64,000 bases of DNA from Nitrosopumilus sp. (GTDB lineage: Archaea > Thermoproteota > Nitrososphaeria > Nitrososphaerales > Nitrosopumilaceae). Below are positions 33,031 through 44,463 of the stretch, piece by piece (positions within the stretch are counted from its first letter, which is position 1; the number at the start of each line of letters is the position of its first letter). The notes beneath the pieces were generated by a model that was given only the letters and a program-made list of their open reading frames with translations, had not been told where the DNA came from and made no database searches. The stretch lies in contig OZ243974.1 of NCBI GenBank assembly GCA_965214775.1, forward strand, positions 1,760,001 to 1,824,000. The letters run 5' to 3'. The translations under genes were made by a program, and so were the position numbers.

Positions 33031-34131
33031 TTATTGTCTTGCCTTCTCACGCAGTGCAGGCATTACGTGGCTTGCAAATTTGTCAATTGAGCCAAAGTAG
33101 TTCTTGCCCCAGAATCTGATGACAAAGTGGTTTACTCCGGCGTCCATGAATCTTTCAAACGTCGGAATGACATCATCAGGAGTGCCAACTGCAGTAGAAG
33201 AACGCGCAACTGCCTCAGGAATCTTTGTTGCAGCCTCTCTCATCTTTACAATCCATTCCTGGTTTGACATTGAATATTCTGTAAAGTACTTTACAAAGTC
33301 AAAGCCCTCGATCTCTTTTAGATTGTGAACCCTCAGGATCTCAGGTTTGAACAGACTGACTTTGACTGCCTCTTTCATTCTTGCCCATGATTCCTCTGCA
33401 TCCTCTGAAAAGTATACATCAATGTCAAGTGCGTATTGGAAGCTGTCTCTTTCCTCTTGAGGCCTGTTGTTTTCATCCATTGATCTTCTAATTTGTGCTG
33501 CGTGATCTTCAAAGAGTTGGGGGGTATAACCTATTGGCAACCAGCCATCACCCAGTTTTCCAGTTAGTGCAAGAGTTCGCTTGCCGCCGGAGGCCATGTA
33601 GGTTGGCGGTCTTGGCTTTCTAATCGGAGGTGCCTGCAAGCATGCGCCTTCAAGCCTGTAATATTTTCCCTCATAATTTACAGTGTTATCAGGAGTAGAC
33701 GTGTAGAGGGTATGAATGGTTTCAATTTGTTCCTCCCATTTTGAAACTGGTTTTTCAAAAGGAATGCAAAATTCTTTAAGATTTTGAGCTTCGCCGGCAC
33801 CGATTCCCAGAATTGCCCTGCCTTTTGAAACTCTATCAAGCGTAATTGCTGCCAGTGCAATGTTTGACGGATGCCTTCTAATTGCATCAGTAACACAAGT
33901 TCCAAGTTCCACATTGTTTGTAACTGCTGCAATTGCCGACAACATCACCCAGGGATCCAACACAATGGCATTCTTCCATTGCGGGACATTTGTGTGATCC
34001 ATATAGAAGATGGAGTCATAACCGGTTTTATCGGCAAGCATGCATGCCGTTAAAATCTGGTCTTCAGTGTATCCGGCCCTTGCCACGTTGAGGCCGTTTT
34101 GAATGCCAAACTTTAATTTTTTACCAGTCAA
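33031..34131 (-). CDS. LLM-class (F420/flavin-dependent) oxidoreductase
   Basis: DH...DPW...ELGTCV...SKGRAILGIGAG, GDGW. Confidence 0.92.
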   Translation of the reverse strand: MTGKKLKFGIQNGLNVARAGYTEDQILTACMLADKTGYDSIFYMDHTNVPQWKNAIVLDPWVMLSAIAAVTNNVELGTCVTDAIRRHPSNIALAAITLDRVSKGRAILGIGAGEAQNLKEFCIPFEKPVSKWEEQIETIHTLYTSTPDNTVNYEGKYYRLEGACLQAPPIRKPRPPTYMASGGKRTLALTGKLGDGWLPIGYTPQLFEDHAAQIRRSMDENNRPQEERDSFQYALDIDVYFSEDAEESWARMKEAVKVSLFKPEILRVHNLKEIEGFDFVKYFTEYSMSNQEWIVKMREAATKIPEAVARSSTAVGTPDDVIPTFERFMDAGVNHFVIRFWGKNYFGSIDKFASHVMPALREKARQ

Positions 34132-34229
34132 CTATAGGTACGTCGGATTATTCGCATAAATAAGTTTAGTCAGGCCCTGCCAGTTTTTCAGGTTTTGAAC
34201 AAAATAGGGAAAGGGAAAAAATTGGGCTC

Positions 34230-35174
34230 TTACAAATTACCTGTCTTGATATCTTCCAGACATTTTACAACGTCTTCTTTTGATATGGGAATCGGGTTTG
34301 GATCCAAGTGCCCCTTGTCAGTCATGACAACATCAGCAGCTTCAGATACGTCCGCTTTGAGATCCAGCCTGTCAAAGCCGAGTTTGTCCACAGCTTCTTT
34401 GAACCTGTCATAGAAGATTGATCTGTTATGCTTGTGAGCAACTGTAGTACAGGAAGACAAGGAATAGCCGTGCGGCACGCCCTCATTTGAGAAAACATAG
34501 GACAAGGCATGTCCAAGCGTTGTAGAGCAATTTCCAAATCCCATGCCAGACAACATTGAGCCGTAAGGATAGTTTTCCGGTTTGTCATTTATGATTGCGT
34601 CATAAAGAATCTCAAATGCCTGCTTGCACAGGGTCCGTGTCAGGTCATTGCCAAGCTTACTGTCATAACCTTCGGTTGCCTGGGCACATGCATCACAAAC
34701 AGAATTTTTTACAACTTGTTCCGGAGTTCCGTCCATAAAGTAGGAATCAACTACGGCCATGTCAGCCAAAAATCTGTCTTCGCGTAACAGTTTCTTTTTA
34801 CCATCAAATTTTAGAACACAGTATGTTGTCATTTCAGCTCCGGTTCCAAAGGTTGTCGGAATTAAGATTTTTTCTTTGTTCATCTCTGGTGCGGCATACT
34901 TTACTACATCCATAGAACTTCCACCGCCCAGTCCAATCAGAACAGAGGGATCCTTGTCTTTGAACTGTGAGATTACGGCGTTGACATCATCGATTGACGG
35001 TTCAGGTTTTACTTGATCATACAGCATGTAATCCCGGATGCCCATTCTGGCAATCCATTTGTCAGAAAGTTCAGGAGGGACTGTTGTGACGATTAGGGCA
35101 TTCTTTGGATATTCTGTTTTGCCAAGTGCGTCTTCTCCAAAGTTGATGACTTTTGGAATGCGTACTGTATGCAT
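34230..35174 (-). CDS. iron-containing alcohol dehydrogenase, likely malonic semialdehyde reductase (3HP/4HB cycle)
   Basis: GGGSSMDVVK, PTTFGTGAE, GHALS...PHG; from memory it closely resembles N. maritimus Nmar_1110. Confidence 0.85.
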   Translation of the reverse strand: MHTVRIPKVINFGEDALGKTEYPKNALIVTTVPPELSDKWIARMGIRDYMLYDQVKPEPSIDDVNAVISQFKDKDPSVLIGLGGGSSMDVVKYAAPEMNKEKILIPTTFGTGAEMTTYCVLKFDGKKKLLREDRFLADMAVVDSYFMDGTPEQVVKNSVCDACAQATEGYDSKLGNDLTRTLCKQAFEILYDAIINDKPENYPYGSMLSGMGFGNCSTTLGHALSYVFSNEGVPHGYSLSSCTTVAHKHNRSIFYDRFKEAVDKLGFDRLDLKADVSEAADVVMTDKGHLDPNPIPISKEDVVKCLEDIKTGNL

Positions 35175-35575
35175 AAATCAGGGGTATCATTGATTATTAT
35201 TATATCATGCGTCTTTAACAAAGAAGTGATTCATAATCAGAAACTGTGCGAATGCCCGGATTTTTCATACATTTGCCAAATAATTTTACGGATAATTTGC
35301 CATTTGTGGTCATTTTAGCCGATTTAATGCCAGGCTTGTTTATGCATGATTCAAAAGCCGCCAATTCCGAATCCCTCTCAGGCCTAAGTCAAGGCGGCAA
35401 AGACAAACAGTCGACTAGAGCACATGCTGCGATCAGAAAATCCGACCCCAAATCGGTGAGCAGGACACCAATGAGTGACGGGCACGGTTTCCATACAACG
35501 TGTTTAGACAGTGTTTCATATGGAAATCAGTTCCCCTAACATCAATAGACCTTATGTGTAACCGACCCGCCTGAT

Positions 35576-36616
35576 TGTTTCATATGAAAATTAGTTCCGC
35601 CCCTCATTAGTATCCTTCTCCATCCATTTGGGGTCGCTTTTCCTGATCGCTTCTGTGGCCTCCCGGCTCCGGAACGCCATTCTGGGAGTCTCTGCACGCT
35701 TGATGTCAAGCGACCAGTGCGTCCTGTGCTCGTTGTAGAACTCGATGAACTCGTCTACCTTCTCAAAGTGCGTCAGCTCCTTCTCAAGCGTTCTGAACCA
35801 CCTCTCCAACTTGCCGTTGGTCTGGGGGTGATGCGGACGCGAGTTGAGCAGGACGATGCTGTGCTCTAGCAGCTCGTTCTCAAACAGCGTGGGCGTCCAG
35901 CTGCCCCTTGGGGTACCGCGCCTGGCTGACGTAAAGCAGCTGCCGTTGTCTGAGAGTATCTGGGCTGGCGTCCCGAACTCTTTGATGGCCTTGCGCAGCA
36001 CCAGGACTGCGTTCTCCGAGGTCGCGCGCTCAAAGACGCCAAATCCGGTTATGCACCGCGAGGAATCGTCAAGATATGCCACCAGATTGAGTTTTTCTAG
36101 GCGTGAATCCTTCATTTCGTGCCAGTCCACGTGCCACATTGCATTGGAGTACTTGCGCTCATAGCGCAGCCACTTGAGCTGTCTGGGTCTGGCAGGCGAG
36201 CCGTCCGTTATTCCCTCGGCCTTCATGATCCTGTATACTGCATGGTAGCTTATCTGCCTGCCTGCGGCCCTCATGCGCAATGCCAGCCTCTCCACACCCG
36301 ACGGCATCCGCGCATATGCGTCAAGGACCGCCTCCACATCCACGGGATCCGTGTCCATGCAGGGCCTTCCTGCCCCGCTCCGTGGCAGGACTGTGCCGGA
36401 GCTGCGGAATCTGGCCCATATCTTCCTGACATACCTGTCGCTGATGCCCAGCTCCCGGGCTATCTGCTTTGCAGGCACGCCCTTTTTCCTCTGCTTTTCT
36501 ATGTACCGGAGCGACTTTTCCTCCAATTTTTTCCTCACGTTTTTTGATCGGTACAGCCTAAAATAATCCTTCAAAGTACGCCTGATCTTAGGCGGAACTA
36601 ATTTTCGTATGATAGA
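35576..36616 (-). mobile_element. IS481 element with intact transposase 35591-36574
   Basis: 26-bp IRs; DDE motifs (VDWH, SDNG, KLER); 15-bp TSD ACCGACCCGCCTGAT; inserted in a family-D left end. Confidence 0.93.
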
Positions 36617-36700
36617 ACCGACCCGCCTGATCTAAAAACATAATACAGCAGATCATGATTTGCATGCCTACAACCGGGATTGTCGCCTGATTTGCCTCAG

Positions 36701-36833
36701 GGAGTCGATTCGAAATTAGCAAATTTTGATTATGTGTGGATGAATTTGCACAGGACATCTCAAAACACCAAAAGCACAAACTATCTGTGAAATCACTTGA
36801 AAAATTCATGCGGTTTCTAATCTCGGATCGTCT
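36701..36833. mobile_element. MITE family A
   Basis: Inverted homologue of 6077-6213. Confidence 0.75.
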
Positions 36834-36995
36834 CTGCAGGCATTCTCTGCAAGAAAGGCCACAGATGAATCAGTGAAAGCTGCCCGAAACGGATGGAGTG
36901 AAAGCCAGACACCAATTACTAACGGACAAATTCCACACAACACACAAACATTATTTTCATATAACATAATTATGTCTTGCATGTAAACTAGTCAT

Positions 36996-38270
36996 ATGAT
37001 CATCCAAAACTTTGAAGATCTGGCATCAAATGACAAGAAGAAGGACTGCTTGGAGATTTTAGAGGCAGGGTTGCAGGCAGCAAATCCAAAAAACATTCTC
37101 TCAAAATTTGTTACTCCAACAGAGATCAAAATCGGAAGAAAATCAATAAAATTCTCAGATTATTCTAGCGTGTACTCGGTGGCCTTTGGCAAGGCAGGAG
37201 ACACAATGACCCAGGCTCTAAATGCCATAGTTCCAGTCAAAAATGGAATAATAGTTATTCCAAGGGGTTCAAAATCTGTTGCCAAATGGAAAAAATTCCA
37301 AATTTTCAATCCAAGGCACCCAAAACCTGATCAGACCAGCGTAAGGGCTGCAAAAAAAGTCACAAAGTTTGTTCAAAACAGAAAAGGTGACGAACTAGTT
37401 GTCTTTCTTGTTTCAGGCGGGGCATCATCGCTATTGGCATTGCCTGATCAAATTACTCTGAATGATAAAATTTACGTAACTGATTTGATGTTAAAATCAG
37501 GCTCGACAATTCAAGAATTCAATTGTATTAGAAAGCATCTGTCAAAAATCAAAGGTGGAAAACTGGTTAAAAACATGAAATGTTCTGGCGTAGGCTTGAT
37601 AATGTCTGACGTCGAGGGGGATGACATGTCGTCTATTGCGTCTGGAACGACCTACATGGATGATACAACATACAACGATGCATTAGGAATCATAGACAAA
37701 TACAAACTAGAAAGAAAGATGCCGCCCAAGGTGATGCAGGTGTTGCAAAAAGGCGCAACAGAAATAGAGAAAGTTCCCAAAAAACCAAAAATCGACAACA
37801 TGGTAATTGCAAACAACCAATCATGCTTGACCCGGATGAAAAAGGCAGCAGTAAAAAAGGGATACAAGGTATCAACAATGCAGGTTTTTGGGGACGTCAA
37901 AAACGTAACGACAGAAATTTTAAAGAACGTTCCAACAAAACAAAAACAGTGTCTAATTTTCGGAGGCGAACCAACAGTCAGGGTTCTTGGCAAAGGAACA
38001 GGAGGAAGAAATCAGGAACTAGTGTTGCGGTTGCTAAAGAACACTCAAAAAGAAAAGAAGATGGTAATTGCATCCATGGGGACTGATGGTATAGATGGGA
38101 ATTCTGTTTTTGCAGGGGCAATTACTGAAAATATGAAAGTGGATTTGCCAACCGTGAAAGAATTTTTAAAAAATAGTGATTCAGCAAGGTTCTTTCAAAA
38201 ACAAAAAGCAAACATCATCACAAATTTTACACATACAAATTTGATGGATATTGGAGTAATTCTAAGATAA
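36996..38270 (+). CDS. glycerate kinase (DUF4147/MOFRL)
   Basis: SGGASSL, GGE, GGRNQE, GTDGIDG, TNLMD. Confidence 0.92.
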   Translation: MIIQNFEDLASNDKKKDCLEILEAGLQAANPKNILSKFVTPTEIKIGRKSIKFSDYSSVYSVAFGKAGDTMTQALNAIVPVKNGIIVIPRGSKSVAKWKKFQIFNPRHPKPDQTSVRAAKKVTKFVQNRKGDELVVFLVSGGASSLLALPDQITLNDKIYVTDLMLKSGSTIQEFNCIRKHLSKIKGGKLVKNMKCSGVGLIMSDVEGDDMSSIASGTTYMDDTTYNDALGIIDKYKLERKMPPKVMQVLQKGATEIEKVPKKPKIDNMVIANNQSCLTRMKKAAVKKGYKVSTMQVFGDVKNVTTEILKNVPTKQKQCLIFGGEPTVRVLGKGTGGRNQELVLRLLKNTQKEKKMVIASMGTDGIDGNSVFAGAITENMKVDLPTVKEFLKNSDSARFFQKQKANIITNFTHTNLMDIGVILR

Positions 38271-38399
38271 AACCAGACATTGTAAACTTTGTTTAGAACA
38301 AAACTTTGTTTTACAACATCAGACACAAGCCAAATATGCACAGTCATTTTATCGTTAATGTCAAGTGTGAGATTACGTACCCAGGCCAGCTTTATGGTC

Positions 38400-38785
38400 T
38401 CGCTTACTATGGATTTGGCTTCTTGCCACTGCCAGATTGCACGTCATAGACCACGATCATCTTCATCATCCAGAGTTTCTCCCTTCCTTATCTGGCCGCT
38501 TATCTTGCAGAAGACGACGGTGTACGGAGGACACGCTCTGCGGCGTTGCTTGTGGGATGATGTTGTGTGATCTAGAAACGCAAACAGGTGCGGTAGCGGG
38601 CTTGTCAGTCTGCACAGGCAAGCCCAAGACGTGGTCGTCCATTCTTTCCCGGTATCCAAACAGTATGCAGTGCAATTAGGATTCATACTTTCTGCACAAC
38701 GGCAATAGTAGCAGCAGCGGCAGTAGTAGTAGCAGCTGCTGCAGCTGTTGCTTGCCACGCCCTTCTCTTCAAGCATCCTGTTCAT
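38400..38785 (-). pseudogene. degenerate IS5 (IS903-like) transposase remnant
   Basis: Fragments such as PPYTVVFCKI resemble SPCYTTIFRRI of 58671-59957. Confidence 0.4.
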
Positions 38786-38817
38786 TGCCTTTAGTTATTT
38801 TCTAACGCGTCTATTGT

Positions 38818-38897
38818 AGACTTTATGCATAATCGACCTAAATGAGATGAATTTGTTTGCAACAATCCTGGTTTTGAACCGATTACGCATAAAGTCT
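38818..38897. mobile_element. MITE family D
   Basis: IRs with TSD TGT. Confidence 0.85.
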
Positions 38898-38936
38898 TGT
38901 GTGCAATTGATACAATTGTGGCAACATCCATGTTAT

Positions 38937-39026
38937 GTAGTGCGCACAGTTGAAATCTGGATATTTTTTATCAAAATAGGCACGATGTGCCAAAATTACG
39001 GTCCGTTTTTTTGATGTGCGCACTGG
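38937..39026. mobile_element. MITE family G
   Basis: Homologous to 29305-29394. Confidence 0.7.
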
Positions 39027-39120
39027 AAGTTTAGACACGAATTTTGCCACCAAAAAGGGCCGATCAGACGGAATTTGTGCCTAAAATCAGGAGCAGGTTT
39101 CAGAGCCCGAGATTTACCAT

Positions 39121-40404
39121 TCAGGGCGCCATGATGATATCGCCCAAGGAAGAGTCATAATGTCCTGCAACTTGCCAAGAGCCATTATCATCAACTGTCC
39201 ACAACTCATAGTCACTCTTGTCTAAATCCCCATACTGATTTAAAATAATATTACCAATAGAGCCAACATGAGACTTTGCAATATCAGGCAAAACACTCTT
39301 TATGATATTGGCATCAGTTGTTTGAGCATCGTCAATAGACAAGCCAAGAACCCACAAAGAATCATAAGCTGAATAGGCATAGTTAGAAGGAGAAGAACCA
39401 GACACAGAAACTATATGGTCATGGACATGCTGGTATATTTCATTTTTTGAAGCTGAAAACTGTGTAGATAGAAAATTGACATTTTGAATAAAAGAGGAAG
39501 ATATGGCGTCTTCAGTTATCGCATCATCATTTGAAGAAGCATCAGAACCCAGCCACAAAACATTATGCAGAACGTCATAAGAGTTTGCAGAATTTAATAA
39601 ATGCACAGCCTCAGAAAAGCTAATCATGACAATGCTAATATCAGAAAGTTCGTATCCTTCATCCAAATACCTAGTAACAGTGTCAGATAGCAGATTAGCT
39701 TCAGTTGAGAACACGGTAATTTCAGGGGAGTACCTTATGCCTTCGTCGACAACGCCGCCCAGATCTTCAAAAGAAAGTCTTGTCGATTCGTAAAGTCCAT
39801 CACCCCACACATCAGCTCTGTAAATAGGAATTGCAACTTTGATGTCATTGTGGACTAGCAATTCAGCTAAAACTACTCCCTGCTTTGTATCATCAGGTAC
39901 CAGACGAAAGATATTATCATCAATGGCGAGTTTGGGCGAAGTCGAAGACGGGCTAATCATCAGCATGTCATTAGAGTCTGCGTAAGACTTTATATTACGA
40001 AGTTCCGCGCTTGTCTGGGTTCCTAAAATCAATTTGATGCCTTTAGAGTTCAGGGATTGAATCTTCTCTAGTGCAATTATGGGGTCTGTCTGCGTGTCTT
40101 CAACTGCCAGGCTCATACGCCAATCGGCATCTTTTTCCTGCAGATAATCATTAAAGTCATCTAGTGCAAGATTTACGGCAATATTGGAATCTTCTCCATG
40201 GCTTGACAGATCCCCGGTAGCTGGAAGCAACACGCCAACTTCTACAACATCATACACTGTTGGTTCTAGCGGTGTAGTGGATATGTCAGAGTCAGGATTC
40301 TCACCAGAGTCAGGATTCTCGCCAGAAAATGATAACAGAAATGATGCGCCGGCACCAACAATTATCACCCCCACGGCAATCAGAATCAAGGTTGTTTTAT
40401 TCAA
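39121..40404 (-). CDS. ABC transporter substrate-binding protein (LivK/branched-chain amino acid type)
   Basis: N-terminal TM; VGVLLPATGDLS, EDTQTDP, SPSSTSP, AYD. Confidence 0.9.
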   Translation of the reverse strand: MNKTTLILIAVGVIIVGAGASFLLSFSGENPDSGENPDSDISTTPLEPTVYDVVEVGVLLPATGDLSSHGEDSNIAVNLALDDFNDYLQEKDADWRMSLAVEDTQTDPIIALEKIQSLNSKGIKLILGTQTSAELRNIKSYADSNDMLMISPSSTSPKLAIDDNIFRLVPDDTKQGVVLAELLVHNDIKVAIPIYRADVWGDGLYESTRLSFEDLGGVVDEGIRYSPEITVFSTEANLLSDTVTRYLDEGYELSDISIVMISFSEAVHLLNSANSYDVLHNVLWLGSDASSNDDAITEDAISSSFIQNVNFLSTQFSASKNEIYQHVHDHIVSVSGSSPSNYAYSAYDSLWVLGLSIDDAQTTDANIIKSVLPDIAKSHVGSIGNIILNQYGDLDKSDYELWTVDDNGSWQVAGHYDSSLGDIIMAP

Positions 40405-40454
40405 CGAACGCCAGTATTTTTTGTGGTTATATATTATTTTACCACTACGACAGG

Positions 40455-42011
40455 GTAAGAGTTTACCCCTCAGGCGACGTTTCCAGTCAGGGTCTTGGCG
40501 ACCATCTCACTCACGTTACACCCCTGGGCGCGCCAGTTCATCGTACACGTCATCAGTACGGTAAACATCTCCATGCCCTCCATGGTACGGAGTCCCTGGA
40601 ATATCTTGCGCGCAATTACGGACGGCCTCAGCATGCGCTCGGCCAGGTTGTTGGTGGGCTCCATGCCCGGATACAGCACGAACGTGTACAGGTATTCTGA
40701 GGCATTCTCAAGCTTTGTGGCAAATTTTTTGCAACCTGCCTCCCTGAATGCTACGGCCAGCGCGCGTGTCTCGACTACCAGCATGTCGTGTTGTTGCTGC
40801 CTGACGCCGTTCTTCTTCTCCTCCGGTGGTGGTGGCCCCAGCCCCTTGGCAAAAAGAAATTTTTTCTTGAGGGCATCATACAGCTCGTGGGCCTGCCGGG
40901 AAGTCTTGCTGGCGTCCTTGGCCTCCCGGAGTATGTGTGCCCAGCACCACTGCCTGATCTTGAATACGACATATACGCCGTACCCATCAACTGTAACTGG
41001 TTTATCATAATACGGAAAGTTCGTATCCACTACGACCCTGGCCCTGCTGGGTGCGGCCAGCGTGTGGACGCCGGTCGTGGAGCCGTCCTTGTTCTTGCCC
41101 ACTATTACCCATATGCGGGCCGTCCTGCCGTTGTATGGCATGGCAGTCTCGTCAATGTGCAGATAATCAGAATCCTTGATGGCCTGTTTGATGCCCTTTA
41201 CGCTGGGCTTTATTGCCTTGGTGCAGGCCCTCAGGCACTGCAGCACGCCTGCCTCTGAGACGTCCATGTCCAGGATCTCAGAGCACATTGTGACCGTGGC
41301 CTGTATGGAGGCAGGTGCCATGTGCATTGAGGTTATCATCCCCGTAATGTTTGGTCCAAACTCGGTTTCAGGCACGTTCCAGTCCCTGTCATCCTCGATA
41401 CACACGTGGCCGCAGTCGGCGCATTCGCGTTTGTATGCGGTGTGCTGCTGTGTCGTGACCGGTTTGGGCTTCTTGGGGATCTCAGTCACGGTCTTTGAGA
41501 ACAACTTTTCGGGTTTCTTCATGTTGGTGCTGTTGCACTTGTCGCACTTTTTGGGGCAGTGCTTTACAAACTCAGTCGGCTTTCTCTTGTGTGATACTCC
41601 CTTGTGTCCCGGTTTGCGGCCCGGCTTTGCCTTTGCAGATGCCGGTACGTTGCCTGATGCCTTTGCAGCAGCAGTCTTTTTTTTTTCTGCCTGGTCGGAA
41701 TCGAGTTCTGCGAGGAGGGGGTGTGCGGGTTCTCGTAATATTTGATGTGCTACCTGAGCTGCTGGTTTTCTGCCGTCAACAGCACGACCTGTGTTGCAAG
41801 CTCGGCCTTCTCTGTGGCATCTTTGACTACTACCTGCTGCAGATCGGCGATGGTTTTCTCATTCTTTCGGCACTCGGCTATGAGACGTGCAATCTCGTCG
41901 CGCAGTATCTTGACCTCCGAGCCTGATGACATGCATTTTCCTAGGTACTACTATCTTATAGATCGGGTGGTCAGGAAGAATTCACCAAATAGGTAAGGGG
42001 TAAACTCTTAC
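40455..42011 (-). mobile_element. IS66-family element (copy 1; internal TAG and A10 frameshift)
   Basis: GTAAGAGTTTACCCCT IRs; DET, VDGY, CWAH and TNNLAER motifs. Confidence 0.92.
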
Positions 42012-42200
42012 GTTCCACGTTGCCTCGCAGACTGTCTGGATCTTGCGTAGTGCATGTTCCCCTTTGATCTGCCCGGCAGACTTTCTTGCTGCATCGGCCG
42101 TGTTGGAAAACTCTATCTGTCCCAGAATCTTTGCGGAATGGTTCTTGATGGCTGCTGTACGCGTCTTTTTATGAACGCCTATTCCCATGCTGATCATTGT
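42012..42200 (-). pseudogene. IS110 transposase N-terminal fragment cut by IS66
   Basis: MGIGVHKKT...VCEAT. Confidence 0.65.
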
Positions 42201-42498
42201 ATCGCCTCCTTTTTGATCAAAGTGTGTGTGCCCAACTGAACAGAAAACTTCCACCCACCCCTAGCATTTCGTTGTCCCCTCCCACTCTCAACCAGTCTCT
42301 TACATGCCCTCATATATGGCAGAAGTACTTGTTCCTGGGCCCAGCATGGATAATATGGCGTCCGCTATGGATAAGATTTGATATAACGTCTCGTACAGCA
42401 AGTGATCGAAAAAGCTAAAAAGAGGCAAATCCACCTAGACTTGATGAAAGATTTTAGCTGTTGCTGGAAATTTTTCACTATTGGAGGCTTACAATAAA

Positions 42499-42961
42499 AT
42501 TGAAAGCATCCAAAGTGATTAAGACAAAGAGCATATACAAACCAAAGGAGTATGGTGATGGTCTAAGAGTCCTAATAACGAGGTACTACCCCAGAGGCGT
42601 CAAAAAAACCCATTTTGATAGATGGATGAGGGATCTTGCGCCTAGCCAAGAACTGTTACGCAGATACAAAAACGAACAAATCCATTGGGAGGATTTTATA
42701 CCATCATTCAAACTTGAATTGCAAGAAAATCAAAACAGTATCAATTTAATAAAATCATTGAAGGCCAAATCAAACTATTCCCACGTAACCTTGCTGTGCT
42801 ATGAACCGGAAGGCACACCATGTCACAGGCACCTGCTAAAAGAGATCATTAAGAATCCGAACCTTCTAAATGTTGATTTTGTGCCGGAATATGCTGATTA
42901 TCATAAAGGAGGAGCGATGAAGAAACATGTTGCCCACAAGGAAGCTTGTATCGTATCCTGA
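42499..42961 (+). CDS. DUF488-family protein
   Basis: DGLRVLITRYYPRGVKK, LAPS, TLLCYE...CHR; start uncertain. Confidence 0.88.
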
Positions 42962-43609
42962 TTCGCCAATGTGGAGGTTTTTCCACACTTGCTCAATTTT
43001 GTCGGGATTTTTTCTAATCCATTCGTAAACTCCCCACTCCAAAATCTGCTGATCATGAGGATTTTTTGATTTGCAGCCAGAGCATCGATAGGTCATTCTT
43101 GGTTGTACATCATAGTTGTGAATCGTTAGAAATGGCTCCTGAGAAAAGAGTGTAGTTTGTACATTGCGTTCGTGTTTTTTTCTTTTTTCAAAACGCTGTT
43201 GGAATTCACGAGGTTTTATGAATCCTAGACTTGATCTCTCATCGTTTAGATCTTGTATACACTCAACGCCGTATTTTTTGTGCATGTCATTTAACAATGC
43301 TATCCATTTTGATCTTGATAATGTTTCATGATCAGTTATTTTGAATCGTAGTTTATCCCATTCTGATTTTGACCCCTGTATTTTCCAACTTTCATTTCTA
43401 GTATCCTGTGGATTTCTCTCCAATGGGACTTCCACCACGTGCCATCTTTTCATAGGGGTGTCCGGTTGTACTGGGTAAACCCTTATCAAGCCATATTTTG
43501 GCGAATAGCCCGCAGTACAAACAGTTTTCCTGTTATCACTTATTTCGTCAGGTGCTGCACTGCCTAACACAATGAGATCATCGATTTTTATTTTCTCTAC
43601 ATCAGACAT
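42866..43609 (-). CDS. DUF488-associated hypothetical protein (OB-like)
   Basis: TVCTAG...LIRVYPV, DTRNESW, SLGFIKP and LVGN pattern. Confidence 0.7.
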   Translation of the reverse strand: MSDVEKIKIDDLIVLGSAAPDEISDNRKTVCTAGYSPKYGLIRVYPVQPDTPMKRWHVVEVPLERNPQDTRNESWKIQGSKSEWDKLRFKITDHETLSRSKWIALLNDMHKKYGVECIQDLNDERSSLGFIKPREFQQRFEKRKKHERNVQTTLFSQEPFLTIHNYDVQPRMTYRCSGCKSKNPHDQQILEWGVYEWIRKNPDKIEQVWKNLHIGESGYDTSFLVGNMFLHRSSFMIISIFRHKINI

Positions 43610-43694
43610 GCTGTCTACTCACCAATTCCTTGTCTTTCGTAGCAACGCCTGCCGTAATAGGTTTTGTTGTTGATCCATAGAGTTGATTCAAAAT

Positions 43695-43785
43695 GTACGA
43701 GTTTACCCCTTAGGCGACACTACTGACTGGAGTCTTTATGATCACGCCTGCCACGCCGTATGTCAGGTGAGGGGTAAACTCGTAC
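43695..43785. mobile_element. MITE family F
   Basis: 9-bp TSD ATTCAAAAT. Confidence 0.92.
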
Positions 43786-43899
43786 ATTCAAAATTAACAA
43801 ATTTTGATCAAATGGGCACATGCCAGATCGATCCAAATGTCAGTAAAACGCACATAAATTATGAAATTGTTTGCTAGATTGTCAAGAAACTCCGTACAT

Positions 43900-44158
43900 T
43901 CATCCCACGTTCCGGTACGACCAAAGAAAGGAGAAAGAGAAAGAGAGAAAATGTCCCGGCGGCAGCGGGGATGGTGATGCACCGCAGCAACAACAAAAGA
44001 GCACAAAGCTGCGGCACTACATGGACCGTGGATACCAGGGAGCACAGTCAGTGGATGCAGGCACGGACATCATACTCCCAATCAAGAAAAAACCGGGCGG
44101 CAAGCTCACCGATGTGCAAAAAGAGTACAACATCACGCACTCAAAGATACGTGTGTAC
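43900..44158 (+). pseudogene. internal fragment of the IS5 transposase at 5-901
   Basis: Near-identical to about 497-755. Confidence 0.9.
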
Positions 44159-44217
44159 AACCTTTTTTGAAAAAAGACTGTTTAAATTAAGGTATTGTCA
44201 AGGTTGATTGAACAAAA

Positions 44218-44439
44218 ATGAGTACCGAAAATGAGCTTATACTCAAAGAGATCAGGGAACTAAGGGAGCAGGTCAGCCTGAACTGTAACAAGTTGGATGT
44301 GGTGACTGAAAAAATGTCTGAGTTGGATAAAAAAGTGTCCGATAATGGTAAAGATATAGAGTGTTTTTACAGATCTTTTAGTCGTGAAATAGGTAGAATA
44401 CAGACAAAGATGGGAATAACTCCATTTAAGCCAGAATAG
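44218..44439 (+). CDS. small coiled-coil hypothetical protein
   Basis: Heptad-like ORF after TTTAAA. Confidence 0.5.
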   Translation: MSTENELILKEIRELREQVSLNCNKLDVVTEKMSELDKKVSDNGKDIECFYRSFSREIGRIQTKMGITPFKPE

Positions 44440-44463
44440 TACTGATTTACAAGTAAACCGTTT

